Origin: Fibrobacteria bacterium
Lineage (GTDB): Bacteria; Fibrobacterota; Fibrobacteria; UBA11236
Reading direction: 5' to 3'
Assembly (NCBI GenBank): GCA_043732185.1
Contig: JAYTHY010000128.1
Location: 1 to 50,955 of the forward strand
DNA: 50,955 bases
Part shown: positions 1 through 10,345 of the stretch, piece after piece
Numbering within the stretch: the first letter of the stretch is position 1
Layout: the number at the start of each line of letters is the position of its first letter
Program-made: the position numbers and the translations under genes
Notes under the pieces: model-generated
What the model was told of the DNA's origin: nothing
Databases searched by the model: none
What the model saw: the letters and a program-made list of their open reading frames with translations, nothing else

Positions 1-3000
1 GGGACTGTCCTGGCGCTGGGTTCGGGTGCCAAGCACCAAGTCACAGGCATCGGTGAAGCGTTTCCAAACATAATCGCTTTGGGCTTTTGGTACGGCTCCA
101 ATGCGACGCCAATCGCGTTGTAAATTGCGGATACGGGCGACGGCATCTTCACCAGGATTTTGGGCCAGGGCTTCGACTTCTGCGATGAGTTCAAGCTTCT
201 TTTCAAGGCTGATCTGCGGATCTTCTGCAGGCAATCCCAAGGCAATACGGCGTTCCTCGAAGAAAGCGTCACAGGCGGTGTGGAAGCGTTCCCAGATGGA
301 ATCGCTAACCTCGCGCGGTACGGGTCCGATTTTCTTCCATTCTCTTTGTAGGGCTTTGATTTTTTCGGTATTGTCGTTCCAATCGATACCGGCCAAACGG
401 AAACGTTCAATATCGACGGGGAGTTTCTTCTCGCTCCAAGCCGCGCGCGCGGCCGCCTCCGCTTCGGATGGGGTCTGGGAACTCATCATTTCGGCAATGA
501 AACAGAGGTCGGTTTTGCGTTGTAGATTGCCGCCGCGTTCGGAATCGCGTTGGGCGGAGTTTTCTTTGAGACGATCGAAAAAGCTGTCGCAGGCCGTGCG
601 GAATCGTTTCCACAGATCTCGATCCGATTCTCTAGGAGCCGGGCCCGTGGCCTTCCAGCGCTCCTGTAACGATTTGATTTTATCAATGGTGGATTTCCAT
701 TCAGAAGATCCACATATGGATTCCGCTTCCACGCAAATATCTTCTTTGATTTTTGCGTTTTCTTCTCGGACAGCTTGTTCTTCTCCAAAGCGGGCTTTGC
801 GGGCCTCAAAATACGCGTCGATGGGCTTGCGGAATCGTTCCCAAAGCACGTCTTCCACTTCCCTTGGTGCGGGACCCGTTTCCTTCCAAGTGGCTTGGGC
901 TTGCTTAATGCATTCGAATCGTTCGGCATCACCCGGCAAGGCGTCGAGACCTTCAACGAGTGCGCAAAGTGCTTCTTTCTTGGCCTGGTTCAAGGGCTTT
1001 TCCTGATTCATTTTTTCCAGGAAAACACGGCGCGCCTGGAAAAACTTTTCGCAGGCACCATGAAAACGCTGCCAAATGATATCGGCTTGATCGCGAGGCA
1101 CAGGTCCAATGGTTTTCCATTTTTCTTGTGCTTCTTTTATTTGTGTACCGGTGGTTTTCCACTCGGTGGAATCCTGCAAGGACTCGGCTATATCTACGAG
1201 GGCGAGCTTGCGGCTCAGGTTGTCTTGATTGTGTACATCTTTGCGATCGAAAAAGGCATTGCAGGCGGTTCGAAAGCGAATCCAAATGGCCTCGCTTTGG
1301 GCTTTAGGCACTGCGCCTAAACCCATCCATGCGCCTTGCGCTTCTTTAACCGTTTCCGTGGCGTCGCGCCAATCGATGTCTTCTAAAGCGACGAGCGCTT
1401 CGACTCGGGCGCAGATGTCTTCCTTAGTCTTGAGATTGCTTTCTCGTTCGACATCGAGTTCAGCGAAATACTCGCGACATTTTTCGTATAGCCCGTTACA
1501 CACCTTATTATAACGGTCCCAAAGAGCTTCGGAGCTGTCAAAAGAAACAGGCCCAACGGATTTCCATTCGGCTTGCAATTCTTTGAGGTGGACGACCATG
1601 GATTTTCGATCTTCCTGCGGCGCCAAGGCTTCGAGTTTGTCGCAAATGGACTGCTTGATTCTGAGGTTGGACCAACGTAGCCAATCCTGGGCTTCGCGGA
1701 ATCGCTCGATGAAGGCCAGGTAACGGCCGTGTAACTCATCCGCTTCCGGGCCTATGGGCGCTGGATGCAGCGATTTCCATTCACCATTAAGGATTTTGAA
1801 ATTTTTTTCCGCGCTCATCATATCCGAATTCTCGAGCAGAGTTTCAAGTTCCGGCAGCAGGGTGCGCATCCGTTGCAAGTTTACGGCGCGTAATTCTTCT
1901 AGCGAGGATTGAGTGGACGCCACAGCAGCTTCGAATCGGGCCCGAAGTTCTTCTTTACCGGCAAATGCACCGGCTGCATTGATGGCTTTATTCCACTCTT
2001 TGCGTAAATCACGGAACCGGTCCATGGCCTGGGTCGGGCTCAACTGGGCTAGAGCAATGGCCTCTTCGCAAAGGGTGGCAAGTCGGCCACCATGTTCCTT
2101 TTCTTCCGCTTGTCGACGGGCCAAGGATTCCTGGTCACGGGCTCGACGTTCCAGTTTTTCCATGGCGGAGCGATAGCGTTTCTGAAACTCTCCATCACGA
2201 CCGTCTCCGGCCGCACCTAAATTTTGGTATTGCTCGCGCAGTGCCCGGATTTCCGGAGCCTGAGCGCTGTCCGTAAATGCCCCTTCGCTGTCCACAGTTT
2301 CCGTGGATCCGCCAGCCGCTAGTATGGCTTCGAGACGAGTGCAGATGGCTTCCTTTTGGGCCAAGTTTTCGGAGGCGCGCTTTTCCTTTTCTTCCAGGGC
2401 CAATCGATCATTGCGCCATTTGGTAAAGTGCGACCGGAAATTTGCCAGGGAAGCATGGAAGCGAGCCAGTTTTTGGGCATCCGCTTGAGTGCCGCCAGCT
2501 AACAATTCGGCCAAGGCGGTTTCGGCGTCGTCGAGTTGGGCGCGGGTACTTTCCCAGTCGATAGCGGACGCGGGACCTTCGAGGGAGGCGCTGGCGCGTT
2601 CGGCCACACCTAAAACGAGACCCAATTTGGCGCGGTTGATACTGGCCACATCCGGGCCCTTTGTTGTCAGCAAGGACTTCAATCTTTCCTTGGCTGCAAT
2701 GCGGACGGCTTTGGATTTTGCACCTTTGGCAAGGCTTTCCAAGTGACCTTCGCGCGTGATTTTACCCAAGGCCATAAGCGCTAAGGAATCATCTTCCTCC
2801 ACCAGTGCTACGGATTGGAAGGCGCTGGCGTGAACCAGTTTTGGAAATGCCAACTTGCGAATTTCCAGGCTGGCGGCATACCGAGCCACGTCTTCAATAG
2901 CCCGTTGATCTTCCAAAATGGATTCCAGAGCGGCGGCACAACGCGCGACGGCACTGGGATCATTGGCTTCCGCTTTGGCGGCAGCGATTTGACTTTCCAC

Positions 3001-3240
3001 CCAGAGCTTCTGGGCCAGTTCCTTGACGGATTTATCCCGTGTTTGGTCACGCAGTTTCTTGAGCAGCAGCGGCTCTTTGACCTTGCGGGCTGCGGCTAGG
3101 CGGTTGGCGCTATCGCCATCCTCCAAGGCCAGGGTAAGTAGCAAAGGCTGCTGATCCTCTTCCAAAGAACGGATGGAGGCTGCGCGCACGGCTGGGTTGC
3201 TGTGTTTCCAATGGGGTTTGAAAAAATCTGTGAATGCCAT
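1..3240 (-). CDS. DUF349-repeat large alpha-helical protein, 3'-truncated by the window edge
   Basis: Absent from the ORF track because no stop lies inside the window. The minus-strand ATG at 3240 translates to MAFTDFFKPHWKHSNPAVRAASIRSLEEDQQ. Later segments show recurring W-x-x-x-G-P-x-P-(R/K) and LWxRFxxACDxFF motifs typical of DUF349 repeats. The overlapping plus-strand ORFs look like antisense shadows. Confidence 0.8.
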   Translation of the reverse strand, partial: MAFTDFFKPHWKHSNPAVRAASIRSLEEDQQPLLLTLALEDGDSANRLAAARKVKEPLLLKKLRDQTRDKSVKELAQKLWVESQIAAAKAEANDPSAVARCAAALESILEDQRAIEDVARYAASLEIRKLAFPKLVHASAFQSVALVEEDDSLALMALGKITREGHLESLAKGAKSKAVRIAAKERLKSLLTTKGPDVASINRAKLGLVLGVAERASASLEGPASAIDWESTRAQLDDAETALAELLAGGTQADAQKLARFHASLANFRSHFTKWRNDRLALEEKEKRASENLAQKEAICTRLEAILAAGGSTETVDSEGAFTDSAQAPEIRALREQYQNLGAAGDGRDGEFQKRYRSAMEKLERRARDQESLARRQAEEKEHGGRLATLCEEAIALAQLSPTQAMDRFRDLRKEWNKAINAAGAFAGKEELRARFEAAVASTQSSLEELRAVNLQRMRTLLPELETLLENSDMMSAEKNFKILNGEWKSLHPAPIGPEADELHGRYLAFIERFREAQDWLRWSNLRIKQSICDKLEALAPQEDRKSMVVHLKELQAEWKSVGPVSFDSSEALWDRYNKVCNGLYEKCREYFAELDVERESNLKTKEDICARVEALVALEDIDWRDATETVKEAQGAWMGLGAVPKAQSEAIWIRFRTACNAFFDRKDVHNQDNLSRKLALVDIAESLQDSTEWKTTGTQIKEAQEKWKTIGPVPRDQADIIWQRFHGACEKFFQARRVFLEKMNQEKPLNQAKKEALCALVEGLDALPGDAERFECIKQAQATWKETGPAPREVEDVLWERFRKPIDAYFEARKARFGEEQAVREENAKIKEDICVEAESICGSSEWKSTIDKIKSLQERWKATGPAPRESDRDLWKRFRTACDSFFDRLKENSAQRDSERGGNLQRKTDLCFIAEMMSSQTPSEAEAAARAAWSEKKLPVDIERFRLAGIDWNDNTEKIKALQREWKKIGPVPREVSDSIWERFHTACDAFFEERRIALGLPAEDPQISLEKKLELIAEVEALAQNPGEDAVARIRNLQRDWRRIGAVPKAQSDYVWKRFTDACDLVLGTRTQRQDSP

Positions 3241-3291
3241 ATCCGCCTAAACTTAGGAAAAAGGGAGCGAAGGTGTACAGGTTTATCGGAG

Positions 3292-4266
3292 TCAATGCGA
3301 CTCACAATTATTGAAACAATCGGCCTTCAAACACTGGCCCACTTGCAATGTCATGTGATCGACGTGAAAATCATGGTGTAGCGATTGCGTTAGTGCGGCC
3401 ATAACGGCTTTTTCTGTAGATTCGCCGGGAACGGTCTCGATGTGGGCGCTTAGGTACAGATCCCTACCGTTCATGGTCCACATATGCAGGTCATGCACGT
3501 TTTGTACATGCGGGCTGGCCCGCATCACCTTGCGAATGGCTTCGATATCCACTCCTTCCGGTGTCCCTTCGACCAGGATATGGCCGGCTCGGCGCATCAC
3601 TCGAATACCGGCAATGGCGATGGCAATGGCAATGGCCAAGCTCAGAATGGGGTCTGCCCAAATCCAGCCCTTGCTCAAAATAAGGATGGCGGCGATGACG
3701 GCAGCTAGAGAGGCGCCCAAGTCTCCCAGTACGTGTACAAAAGCACTCTCTTCATTGACGGTTTTTTCGGATTCGCCCCGGTGCATCCATATGGCCACAG
3801 CCACGTTGACCAATAGTCCTAAAACCGCCACGGCAAGCATGGACCGGGCTTCAACGTCTACCGGATGGGCAAGTCTTCCAATCGCCATACCGGCAATAAA
3901 GACGGAAAGCAAAACCAAAGTCAATCCGTTGCCAAAGGCCGCCAAAATTTCAAACCGTTTAAAGCCAAAGGTTTTTTCTTCGGTGGCTTTCCGGGTGCCG
4001 ATCGAAACGGCAAAGGCGGACAGGCCTAATGATAAGGCATCGGAAAACATATGAAAGCCATCGGACATAAGTGAAAGGGAATGGAACAGCCAACCGCACA
4101 GGATTTCCACCACCATGAATATGGCGATGATCCAAAAGCTAACCAGCAATTTCCCATACGAAGCGTGGGGTACAGGGGCAAGGCCGATGTCGGTGTGGGC
4201 ATGAATATGATCATGATCAGGGTGATGTTGATGATGATCATGACCATGGTCAAGGTGTGAATGCAT
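3292..4266 (-). CDS. Cation diffusion facilitator (CzcD/ZitB-like Zn/Co/Cd efflux) transporter
   Basis: His-rich N-terminus, SDGFHMFSD, TFGFKRFEILAAF, HVLGD and VHDLHMW motifs. The ATG at 4266 overlaps the upstream TGA (TGATG). Confidence 0.92.
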   Translation of the reverse strand: MHSHLDHGHDHHQHHPDHDHIHAHTDIGLAPVPHASYGKLLVSFWIIAIFMVVEILCGWLFHSLSLMSDGFHMFSDALSLGLSAFAVSIGTRKATEEKTFGFKRFEILAAFGNGLTLVLLSVFIAGMAIGRLAHPVDVEARSMLAVAVLGLLVNVAVAIWMHRGESEKTVNEESAFVHVLGDLGASLAAVIAAILILSKGWIWADPILSLAIAIAIAIAGIRVMRRAGHILVEGTPEGVDIEAIRKVMRASPHVQNVHDLHMWTMNGRDLYLSAHIETVPGESTEKAVMAALTQSLHHDFHVDHMTLQVGQCLKADCFNNCESH

Positions 4267-5072
4267 CAAGTGTATTCCAATGCTGTGATGGCCAATTTTC
4301 GCATGGCTTTGGTGATTGATTCCACACGGCCGGCCAAAGGTACCAGCTTTTTTTCATCCAGATAAAGTGCCCGGTTGATTTCTATCATCACTCCAGGCAC
4401 GGAAAAAGGCGGGGCAGAATATTTTTCCAGGATCCACCCGCCACTAAAAGGATGGTTGAGTCGGACGCCTAGGGAAAGGCCGGATTCTGCCAGCAAATTT
4501 TTTAGCAGTCCCTGCAGCTGGTCCCTAAATCTACGGGCGAGATCAGGGGGGCAGGAAACCGGACGCGTGCTAGGTTCGCCTTCCTCGTCGCCTAAATTAG
4601 CAATGCATATCGCTGGACGCTCTTCACCTTGGTCCGGGCCCATAGCGGGGCCTTGTGCTGTCATAGAATGGCCATCTATGAAAAATCGAATTTTCCCACC
4701 GACCAGATGTTTCCGCAGGGCCAGATGATAGGGGTCATAATACATGGACAAGCGCATTTCCCGCTCTTCCGGTGAAACGGCGTACCCGGTGGCAAAAAAT
4801 GGACGGTGTTCAAAATCGGTCAATTTTATAACGCCGTTTTCACTAATGTCTGTACGCTCCCGATTGAGGTCGGCAACAAATCGGGAGGCCGCTGCATTCA
4901 GGGTGACTTCCGCGTCGGGGATGTGAAAAAGTGCGTCCGTGAAAGGATCGCCTTCGCGCAAAAGTCGGCGACGCAAGGCGGTTTCTTCTTCTCCAGTTTT
5001 GAGCATGCGCGCAAGCATCCAAAAGGGAATGTGCCCTGAACAGTGCGGAGTGGAAACCAGTAAGGGCAACAT
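4266..5072 (-). CDS. N-formylglutamate amidohydrolase family protein
   Basis: STPHCSG, SRFVADLNR, YYDPYH, IDGHSM, NHPFSGG and MIEINRALYLDE motifs. Confidence 0.88.
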   Translation of the reverse strand: MLPLLVSTPHCSGHIPFWMLARMLKTGEEETALRRRLLREGDPFTDALFHIPDAEVTLNAAASRFVADLNRERTDISENGVIKLTDFEHRPFFATGYAVSPEEREMRLSMYYDPYHLALRKHLVGGKIRFFIDGHSMTAQGPAMGPDQGEERPAICIANLGDEEGEPSTRPVSCPPDLARRFRDQLQGLLKNLLAESGLSLGVRLNHPFSGGWILEKYSAPPFSVPGVMIEINRALYLDEKKLVPLAGRVESITKAMRKLAITALEYT

Positions 5073-5114
5073 CAATTACAGCATATCCATAAATACCAAC
5101 CTATGCCAACGGAT

Positions 5115-6641
5115 TCAGTACTTGGCCGCCCAATTCCGTAACTGGGAGCCAAAGATTTTTTGCATCTCATTCCCATTCCCTTCAAAATTATTTACGACTA
5201 TGGTAAAAGCCAACATTCGTCCAGATCGAGCCTGAAAATATCCCGCCAAGGAACGGACCCCTTCCAACGTTCCGGTTTTAATCCATAGCTTGCCCTGCCA
5301 ATCGTTTCCGTAGCGGCCTAGTTTTACTGCCATATCCGTGGCGGGCCCGTGTGTGTCTGAGTGGTTCTTTGCTTGAGCATCGGTGCCAATCAATGAAGCC
5401 CGAAATTCGGGAAAAGCCTTTTGATGAGAGGCATAGGTCAGCAAATGCGTGACTTGTCTGGGTGAAACCCAGTTGTATCGGGAAAGGCCATTGCCATCTT
5501 TGAAATGGAACTCGGCCGGTGGAAAACCCAATGTGGTTAAATAGGTGTTGACGACGACGAGACCTCCTCGCCAATCCCCGGATGGGCCCTTGGATTTGCC
5601 TATCAAGGCCAAGAGCTGAGCGGCATAGGTGTTGTCGCTTTTCTGATTGGTGTGCCGGATGAGTTGGCTTAATGGGGGAGAGATGCGTTTGCTTTCAGGT
5701 ACAGGTACAAGCACAAGTACAGACACAGACACTAAAGACTGGACGGATATGCGGTTTGGCAAAACACTGGAATCACCGCAGGCACGATTCCCATTTAAAA
5801 TGGAAAGGCCATGGGCTGTCAGAAAATCGTGAAACTCCCGCCCGCATGTCCAGGCTGGGTTGGGCAGGCTCCCCTTGATCGAAAAGGACCGTGGACCTGC
5901 TGGATAGGTGCCGCGCAGTTCTCGTACTGAACTGGGAAAACCGCCTAAAATGAAAGCGAAATCTTTGCTGGTTGTGGACCCAGTTAAAAGATGATTTCGA
6001 AAAGTTGCAATACCGGTATGCATGGGCTGGGTGTTTTGCAGGGATACCGATTTGCCGGGGGTAGGCGATCCAGTAAAATTAAGGCTATACAGATTAGCGT
6101 TAAAACTCAGACCCGAAACATTGCCAGCATAATAATTACCGGCATCTTCCCAAAGCATGGCAGGGTTGGGCCCCTCTTCAATCAAATAGGATCCATCGCC
6201 CTCCACACAACCCTTAACTTGGCGAAGTCCCAGCTTCTTAAGCGCCAGAAGCCAAGAATTAAAAATAACTGCCTGGCTCCGATCCTCCGCAAACTGAACG
6301 TCACCAAAGGTGGGATCGCCGCCGCCCTTAATAATCAAATCACCTTGGAGCGTTTCCCCTTGCAGACTTCCCGAGTACAGGAGTTCAGTGGCAAAAGTTT
6401 TATCGGCACCCAATAGGTCGAGTGCTATCCAAGTGGTAAACAGCTTTTGAATGGAACCGGGGATAAAATTTTTATCGGCATCCCGCGCATCCAACACGCT
6501 ATCGTTGGCAACGTCGAGTAAAGACCAGCCGAGTTGCGCGCCTTCAATCGGTGAAAACCCTTTTTCGAGAGACGCGGAAAATCCCAGGAGAGGTATGGCA
6601 AGGAGAATCCAGAACTTGTCTTTAGAGGAGTTCACGACCAC
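5115..6641 (-). CDS. dacB: D-alanyl-D-alanine carboxypeptidase/endopeptidase (PBP4, peptidase S13)
   Basis: Signal peptide, SxxK (PGSIQK), GGGDPT, SxN (KSDN), DGNGLSR and KTG (KTGTL) motifs. Confidence 0.92.
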   Translation of the reverse strand: MVVNSSKDKFWILLAIPLLGFSASLEKGFSPIEGAQLGWSLLDVANDSVLDARDADKNFIPGSIQKLFTTWIALDLLGADKTFATELLYSGSLQGETLQGDLIIKGGGDPTFGDVQFAEDRSQAVIFNSWLLALKKLGLRQVKGCVEGDGSYLIEEGPNPAMLWEDAGNYYAGNVSGLSFNANLYSLNFTGSPTPGKSVSLQNTQPMHTGIATFRNHLLTGSTTSKDFAFILGGFPSSVRELRGTYPAGPRSFSIKGSLPNPAWTCGREFHDFLTAHGLSILNGNRACGDSSVLPNRISVQSLVSVSVLVLVPVPESKRISPPLSQLIRHTNQKSDNTYAAQLLALIGKSKGPSGDWRGGLVVVNTYLTTLGFPPAEFHFKDGNGLSRYNWVSPRQVTHLLTYASHQKAFPEFRASLIGTDAQAKNHSDTHGPATDMAVKLGRYGNDWQGKLWIKTGTLEGVRSLAGYFQARSGRMLAFTIVVNNFEGNGNEMQKIFGSQLRNWAAKY

Positions 6642-6777
6642 AAATTTAAGTTATATCCACCGACTCCACATGGAATAGATCCCCTTCCAGTCTGCCTTGG
6701 ATGTAAATTTAAACCATGGAACGTGCAGCAGCGATTACCCAGGATGCAAAATCAAGCAAGGGATGGGAAGCGTACTT

Positions 6778-8739
6778 ATGATTGAAAACGGGCAGCCGAT
6801 TCAAACGCCACCGAAAATTGGGATGGCTCAGATGGAAATTCAGCCGGGCGCGCCTTCTGTCAATGGGGCTCGTATGCTGGACATTCTGACCAAGGCATGT
6901 GGACTGGGTGTGGATATTTTGGTCTTTCCGGAGATGTGCATTCCTGGGTACTTGCTAGGGGACATGTGGGAGCGCAATGCCTTCCTGCGCGAATGCGAAC
7001 TTTGGTCCGACCGTATCATTGCCGCTACCCAGGGACCTGGACCCGCTGTTGTTTTTGGCACCGTGATCGCCGATTGGAAATGTAAGGGTGAGGATGGCCG
7101 CGTTCGAAAATACAACGGCTATATTGTGGCCCAGAACGGCCAAGCCTTACAGCATCCTGGGTTACACAGAAGTTACGGTATCAAAACCCTGCTTCCCAAC
7201 TATCGGGAATTCGAGGAGTCACGGCATTTCTATGACATTCGGAAGCTGGCGCAGGAAACTCAAGTTGCTTGGGAATCCTTGTTGGAGCCTATACCCATTC
7301 CGCTGCAGGGCCGGGACTGGAAAGCCGGAGTTCTGCTTTGCGAAGATGCCTGGGAAGCGGATTATGCACAGAAGCCACTGGAGGTATTGGGAGGCAAGGG
7401 CTGTGACTTTTTACTCAATTTAAGTTGTTCCCCTTTTACGCAAGGCAAGAACGAAAAGCGCAGGCGGGTTTTTGAGAGTCGGGTTCGTGCGATCGGTGTC
7501 CCACTTTACTATGTAAACGGCGTCAGCTTGCAAAACAATGCCAAGACACTGTACACCTTCGATGGCCGAAGTACCGCATATGGACCGGACGGCGTCGTAC
7601 TTGCGGAAATGTCGGCTTTTGCGGACGATATGCTGGTGTTGCCGCTCGCAATGGAAAAGCCATTAGCTTCTACCCCAGCCCCACTCACCTCCCAACCATC
7701 TGCCCTGACTGTTCCTTCCCCCCGCATCGGGGAAATCCATCAAGCATTACGCTATGCCGCCAAACAGTTTTTGGCTTCCATCGGTCAGAGTAAAGTTGTC
7801 ATTGGTATATCCGGTGGCATCGACAGTGCTGTTGCTGCGGCACTGTATAGGGAAATATTGCCTCCGGAAAACCTGCTCCTGGTCAATATGCCGAGCCATT
7901 TCAACAGCGTCACCACGCGCAAACTTGCGCAGGCCGTGGCCGCAAACCTGGGCTGCTTGTATGCTGAGGTTCCGATTGAAGCCAGTTTCACCTTGACGCA
8001 GGAACAGATTCACGGTCTCGAAATTCGCTCTCGGGAGGGTACACTCCAGTCGACATTAGCGCTGCAAGGATTGGGGTTGGAAAATATTCAGTCCCGGGAT
8101 CGTGGCGGGCGGATTTTACCGGCTGTGGCGGCCGCCTTTGGAGGTGTTTTCACATGCAATGCCAACAAGGCGGAACTAACGGTGGGCTATACTACCCTCT
8201 ACGGGGATTTGGGCGGATATCTAGCCCTGCTCGGCGATCTTTGGAAAAGTGAAGTGTATGCCTTGGGCCGATATCTCAATGATCATGTTTACAAATACGC
8301 GGCCATTCCGGAAGGGTGCTTTACCGTCGTTCCCAGCGCCGAACTCAGCGCCAACCAGGCCGTGGATGAGGGGAAAGGGGATCCGCTCATTTATCCTTAC
8401 CACGACCGCCTCTTTCATTCCTGGGTGCAACGATGGAACCGCGTCACACCTGAAGAAATCCTGGAATGGTATGCGGCAGGCACATTAAATCAAAATCTGG
8501 CCTGCGAGGGTGTTGATGCCCAGGCTTTGTTTCCGGATGCAAAAGCATTTATCCTGGATTTGGAAAAATGGTGGGAACTCTATAACGGAATGGCAGTGGC
8601 CAAACGGGTACAAGCCCCGCCTATTGTTGCTGTCAGCGCACGGGCTTTTGGTTTCGATCATCGCGATTCCATGGGCAGTCCATTCTTTTCCGGTCGGTAC
8701 CGGGAGCTGCGGGCAAAAATGTTGCGAACACTGGCATGA
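6778..8739 (+). CDS. nadE: Glutamine-dependent NAD(+) synthetase
   Basis: N-terminal nitrilase-fold domain (FPEMCIPGY, LPNYREFEE, CEDAW) and C-terminal synthetase domain (ISGGIDSAV, ENIQSR, NKAELTVGYTTLYGD, PSAEL). The start is uncertain (6763, 6778 or 6823). Confidence 0.93.
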   Translation: MIENGQPIQTPPKIGMAQMEIQPGAPSVNGARMLDILTKACGLGVDILVFPEMCIPGYLLGDMWERNAFLRECELWSDRIIAATQGPGPAVVFGTVIADWKCKGEDGRVRKYNGYIVAQNGQALQHPGLHRSYGIKTLLPNYREFEESRHFYDIRKLAQETQVAWESLLEPIPIPLQGRDWKAGVLLCEDAWEADYAQKPLEVLGGKGCDFLLNLSCSPFTQGKNEKRRRVFESRVRAIGVPLYYVNGVSLQNNAKTLYTFDGRSTAYGPDGVVLAEMSAFADDMLVLPLAMEKPLASTPAPLTSQPSALTVPSPRIGEIHQALRYAAKQFLASIGQSKVVIGISGGIDSAVAAALYREILPPENLLLVNMPSHFNSVTTRKLAQAVAANLGCLYAEVPIEASFTLTQEQIHGLEIRSREGTLQSTLALQGLGLENIQSRDRGGRILPAVAAAFGGVFTCNANKAELTVGYTTLYGDLGGYLALLGDLWKSEVYALGRYLNDHVYKYAAIPEGCFTVVPSAELSANQAVDEGKGDPLIYPYHDRLFHSWVQRWNRVTPEEILEWYAAGTLNQNLACEGVDAQALFPDAKAFILDLEKWWELYNGMAVAKRVQAPPIVAVSARAFGFDHRDSMGSPFFSGRYRELRAKMLRTLA

Positions 8740-8769
8740 AGCTTTAGGAAGCATTATAATAGCAGCATC

Positions 8770-9729
8770 ATGCTGCATGTCCTAAATGGTGATTCCACTC
8801 TGGCTCTGCTCAAGCAATCAACCGTTAAAGGCGATTTTTTGGTCTGGAAGGAAATGCTGATGGAGGGTCCCACTCCAGAGGTTAAAACGGGAGGATTGGA
8901 TTGGAAGGGCCGTTCCGTTTATCTCAAAAACAGTTTTGGCATCGATCCCAAGTCCTACTTATCTGGTATTCAGAGATTTTTTAAAACATTAAATCGAGCG
9001 GCTGAAACCGATTCTGAAGTCACATTTTGGTTTGAAGAGGATTTCTTCTGTCAAATCAATCTCATCTATTTGATCGCACACCTTCCTGCCCCACTCCTGC
9101 GCCGTGGCCGGGCCTTTGTCATTTGTCCGGAAAAACCTTTGAGCATCCGGCTTGCCAGTTCCATGGATCGACTCTATGCTGCTAGAACACCGCTTGATCC
9201 AGCAATCGTAACCTTGTCAAAAAAAGTATGGCAAGCTCATTCCCTCTCTACCACCAAAGGTTGGGAATCCCTGCTTACCTGGGCACAGGCCAGTAAGGGC
9301 TTTGCCGCGTGGCCGTTGTTGCAGCGGGGCCTTCGCTGTCAACTGGGTCGACGACCGGCTCCGAACGGTGGGCTGAATGCTCTGGAAAAAGGAATGCTGA
9401 AGGCAGTTTCCGAAGGTCCCGTTAGTTTTCCACAATTTTTTCGCCGCACATGGATGGATCCGGAAATTCGTCCCTTGGGTTTGAGTGAACGGCAAATCGC
9501 ACGATATGCCTTGGATTTTTCTGCGCAAGGTCTACCGCTCCTTAAAATTGAAGGACGAGGGAGCTCGCCCACACCTGGAAAACGTCCGGTTACAGCAGCT
9601 TGGAAACTCTCACTTTCAACCGAAGGCAAAGCCATTTTTGCCCCGACAAAGGCTTCTGTAAAATCCACTCGTCCTGTGACTCATAAACCAAGTAAACCAA
9701 AAGCGCGTTCCGGTTCCAAAAAGAAATAA
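8770..9729 (+). CDS. DUF1835-like protein
   Basis: Begins MLHVLNGDST, with EMLMEGP and WFEEDFFCQINL motifs and a Lys-rich tail. Confidence 0.7.
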   Translation: MLHVLNGDSTLALLKQSTVKGDFLVWKEMLMEGPTPEVKTGGLDWKGRSVYLKNSFGIDPKSYLSGIQRFFKTLNRAAETDSEVTFWFEEDFFCQINLIYLIAHLPAPLLRRGRAFVICPEKPLSIRLASSMDRLYAARTPLDPAIVTLSKKVWQAHSLSTTKGWESLLTWAQASKGFAAWPLLQRGLRCQLGRRPAPNGGLNALEKGMLKAVSEGPVSFPQFFRRTWMDPEIRPLGLSERQIARYALDFSAQGLPLLKIEGRGSSPTPGKRPVTAAWKLSLSTEGKAIFAPTKASVKSTRPVTHKPSKPKARSGSKKK

Positions 9730-9784
9730 AAGCCATCAAGGTTACCGGATTAACTTTTGGATCGTCTCAACCTCGTAGATCAGT

Positions 9785-10345
9785 ATGATAAAAATAGCGG
9801 AACAAATGGCCTTCTACCAATCCTACCATCGTTCAGCAGGTTGTAAGGCAACACATTTTTTCGGCGTGCCTTTGGTTACGTTTTCCATCTTAATCCCAAT
9901 GGGTTGGCTGTCCATTCCCCTCGCTGGAGTGCGGATTAGCTTTGCAATGCTTTTTGTCCTTTCCACTTTAACGTATTATGTTCGGTTGGAAAAAACCCTC
10001 GCAGTTATGATGGCTTTGGTCATTTTCCCTGTGGCAGTTTTTGCTGAATGGATTTCCCGCTTTCCCTTTCGAGACTCCTTTCTTGTATTTACCACTACAT
10101 TTATTCTAGGGTGGGGGCTTCAATTACTGGGACATGCGCTGGAAGGAAAGCGCCCTGCGTTGATGGATAATTTTTTTCCATCCATTTTCACGGCGCCCTT
10201 ATTTCTGGTGGCGGAAGTTTTATTTGGCCTGGGCTGGGGAAGTGATTTGCGATTGAAAATTGCGGCGATTGAAAAATCCTCGACTCAAATCAGGCGCGCT
10301 AGTACGGTTGATTTGAGAGAGCGGCAGCTCCAGAGTAAAAATTAG
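9785..10345 (+). CDS. DUF962 / Mpo1-like membrane protein (intact copy)
   Basis: YQSYH...THFFGVP and GWGLQLLGHALEGKRPA...APLFLVAE motifs with hydrophobic helices. Confidence 0.88.
   Translation: MIKIAEQMAFYQSYHRSAGCKATHFFGVPLVTFSILIPMGWLSIPLAGVRISFAMLFVLSTLTYYVRLEKTLAVMMALVIFPVAVFAEWISRFPFRDSFLVFTTTFILGWGLQLLGHALEGKRPALMDNFFPSIFTAPLFLVAEVLFGLGWGSDLRLKIAAIEKSSTQIRRASTVDLRERQLQSKN

Noticed and set aside
101..3099. Many plus-strand ORFs of 60-300 aa
   Set aside because: They are antisense shadows of the long minus-strand DUF349 gene, with Ser/Arg/Phe-rich, non-protein-like composition.
4200..4266. ATG/ATC-rich repeat-like stretch
   Set aside because: It encodes the His/Asp-rich N-terminus common in CDF transporters.
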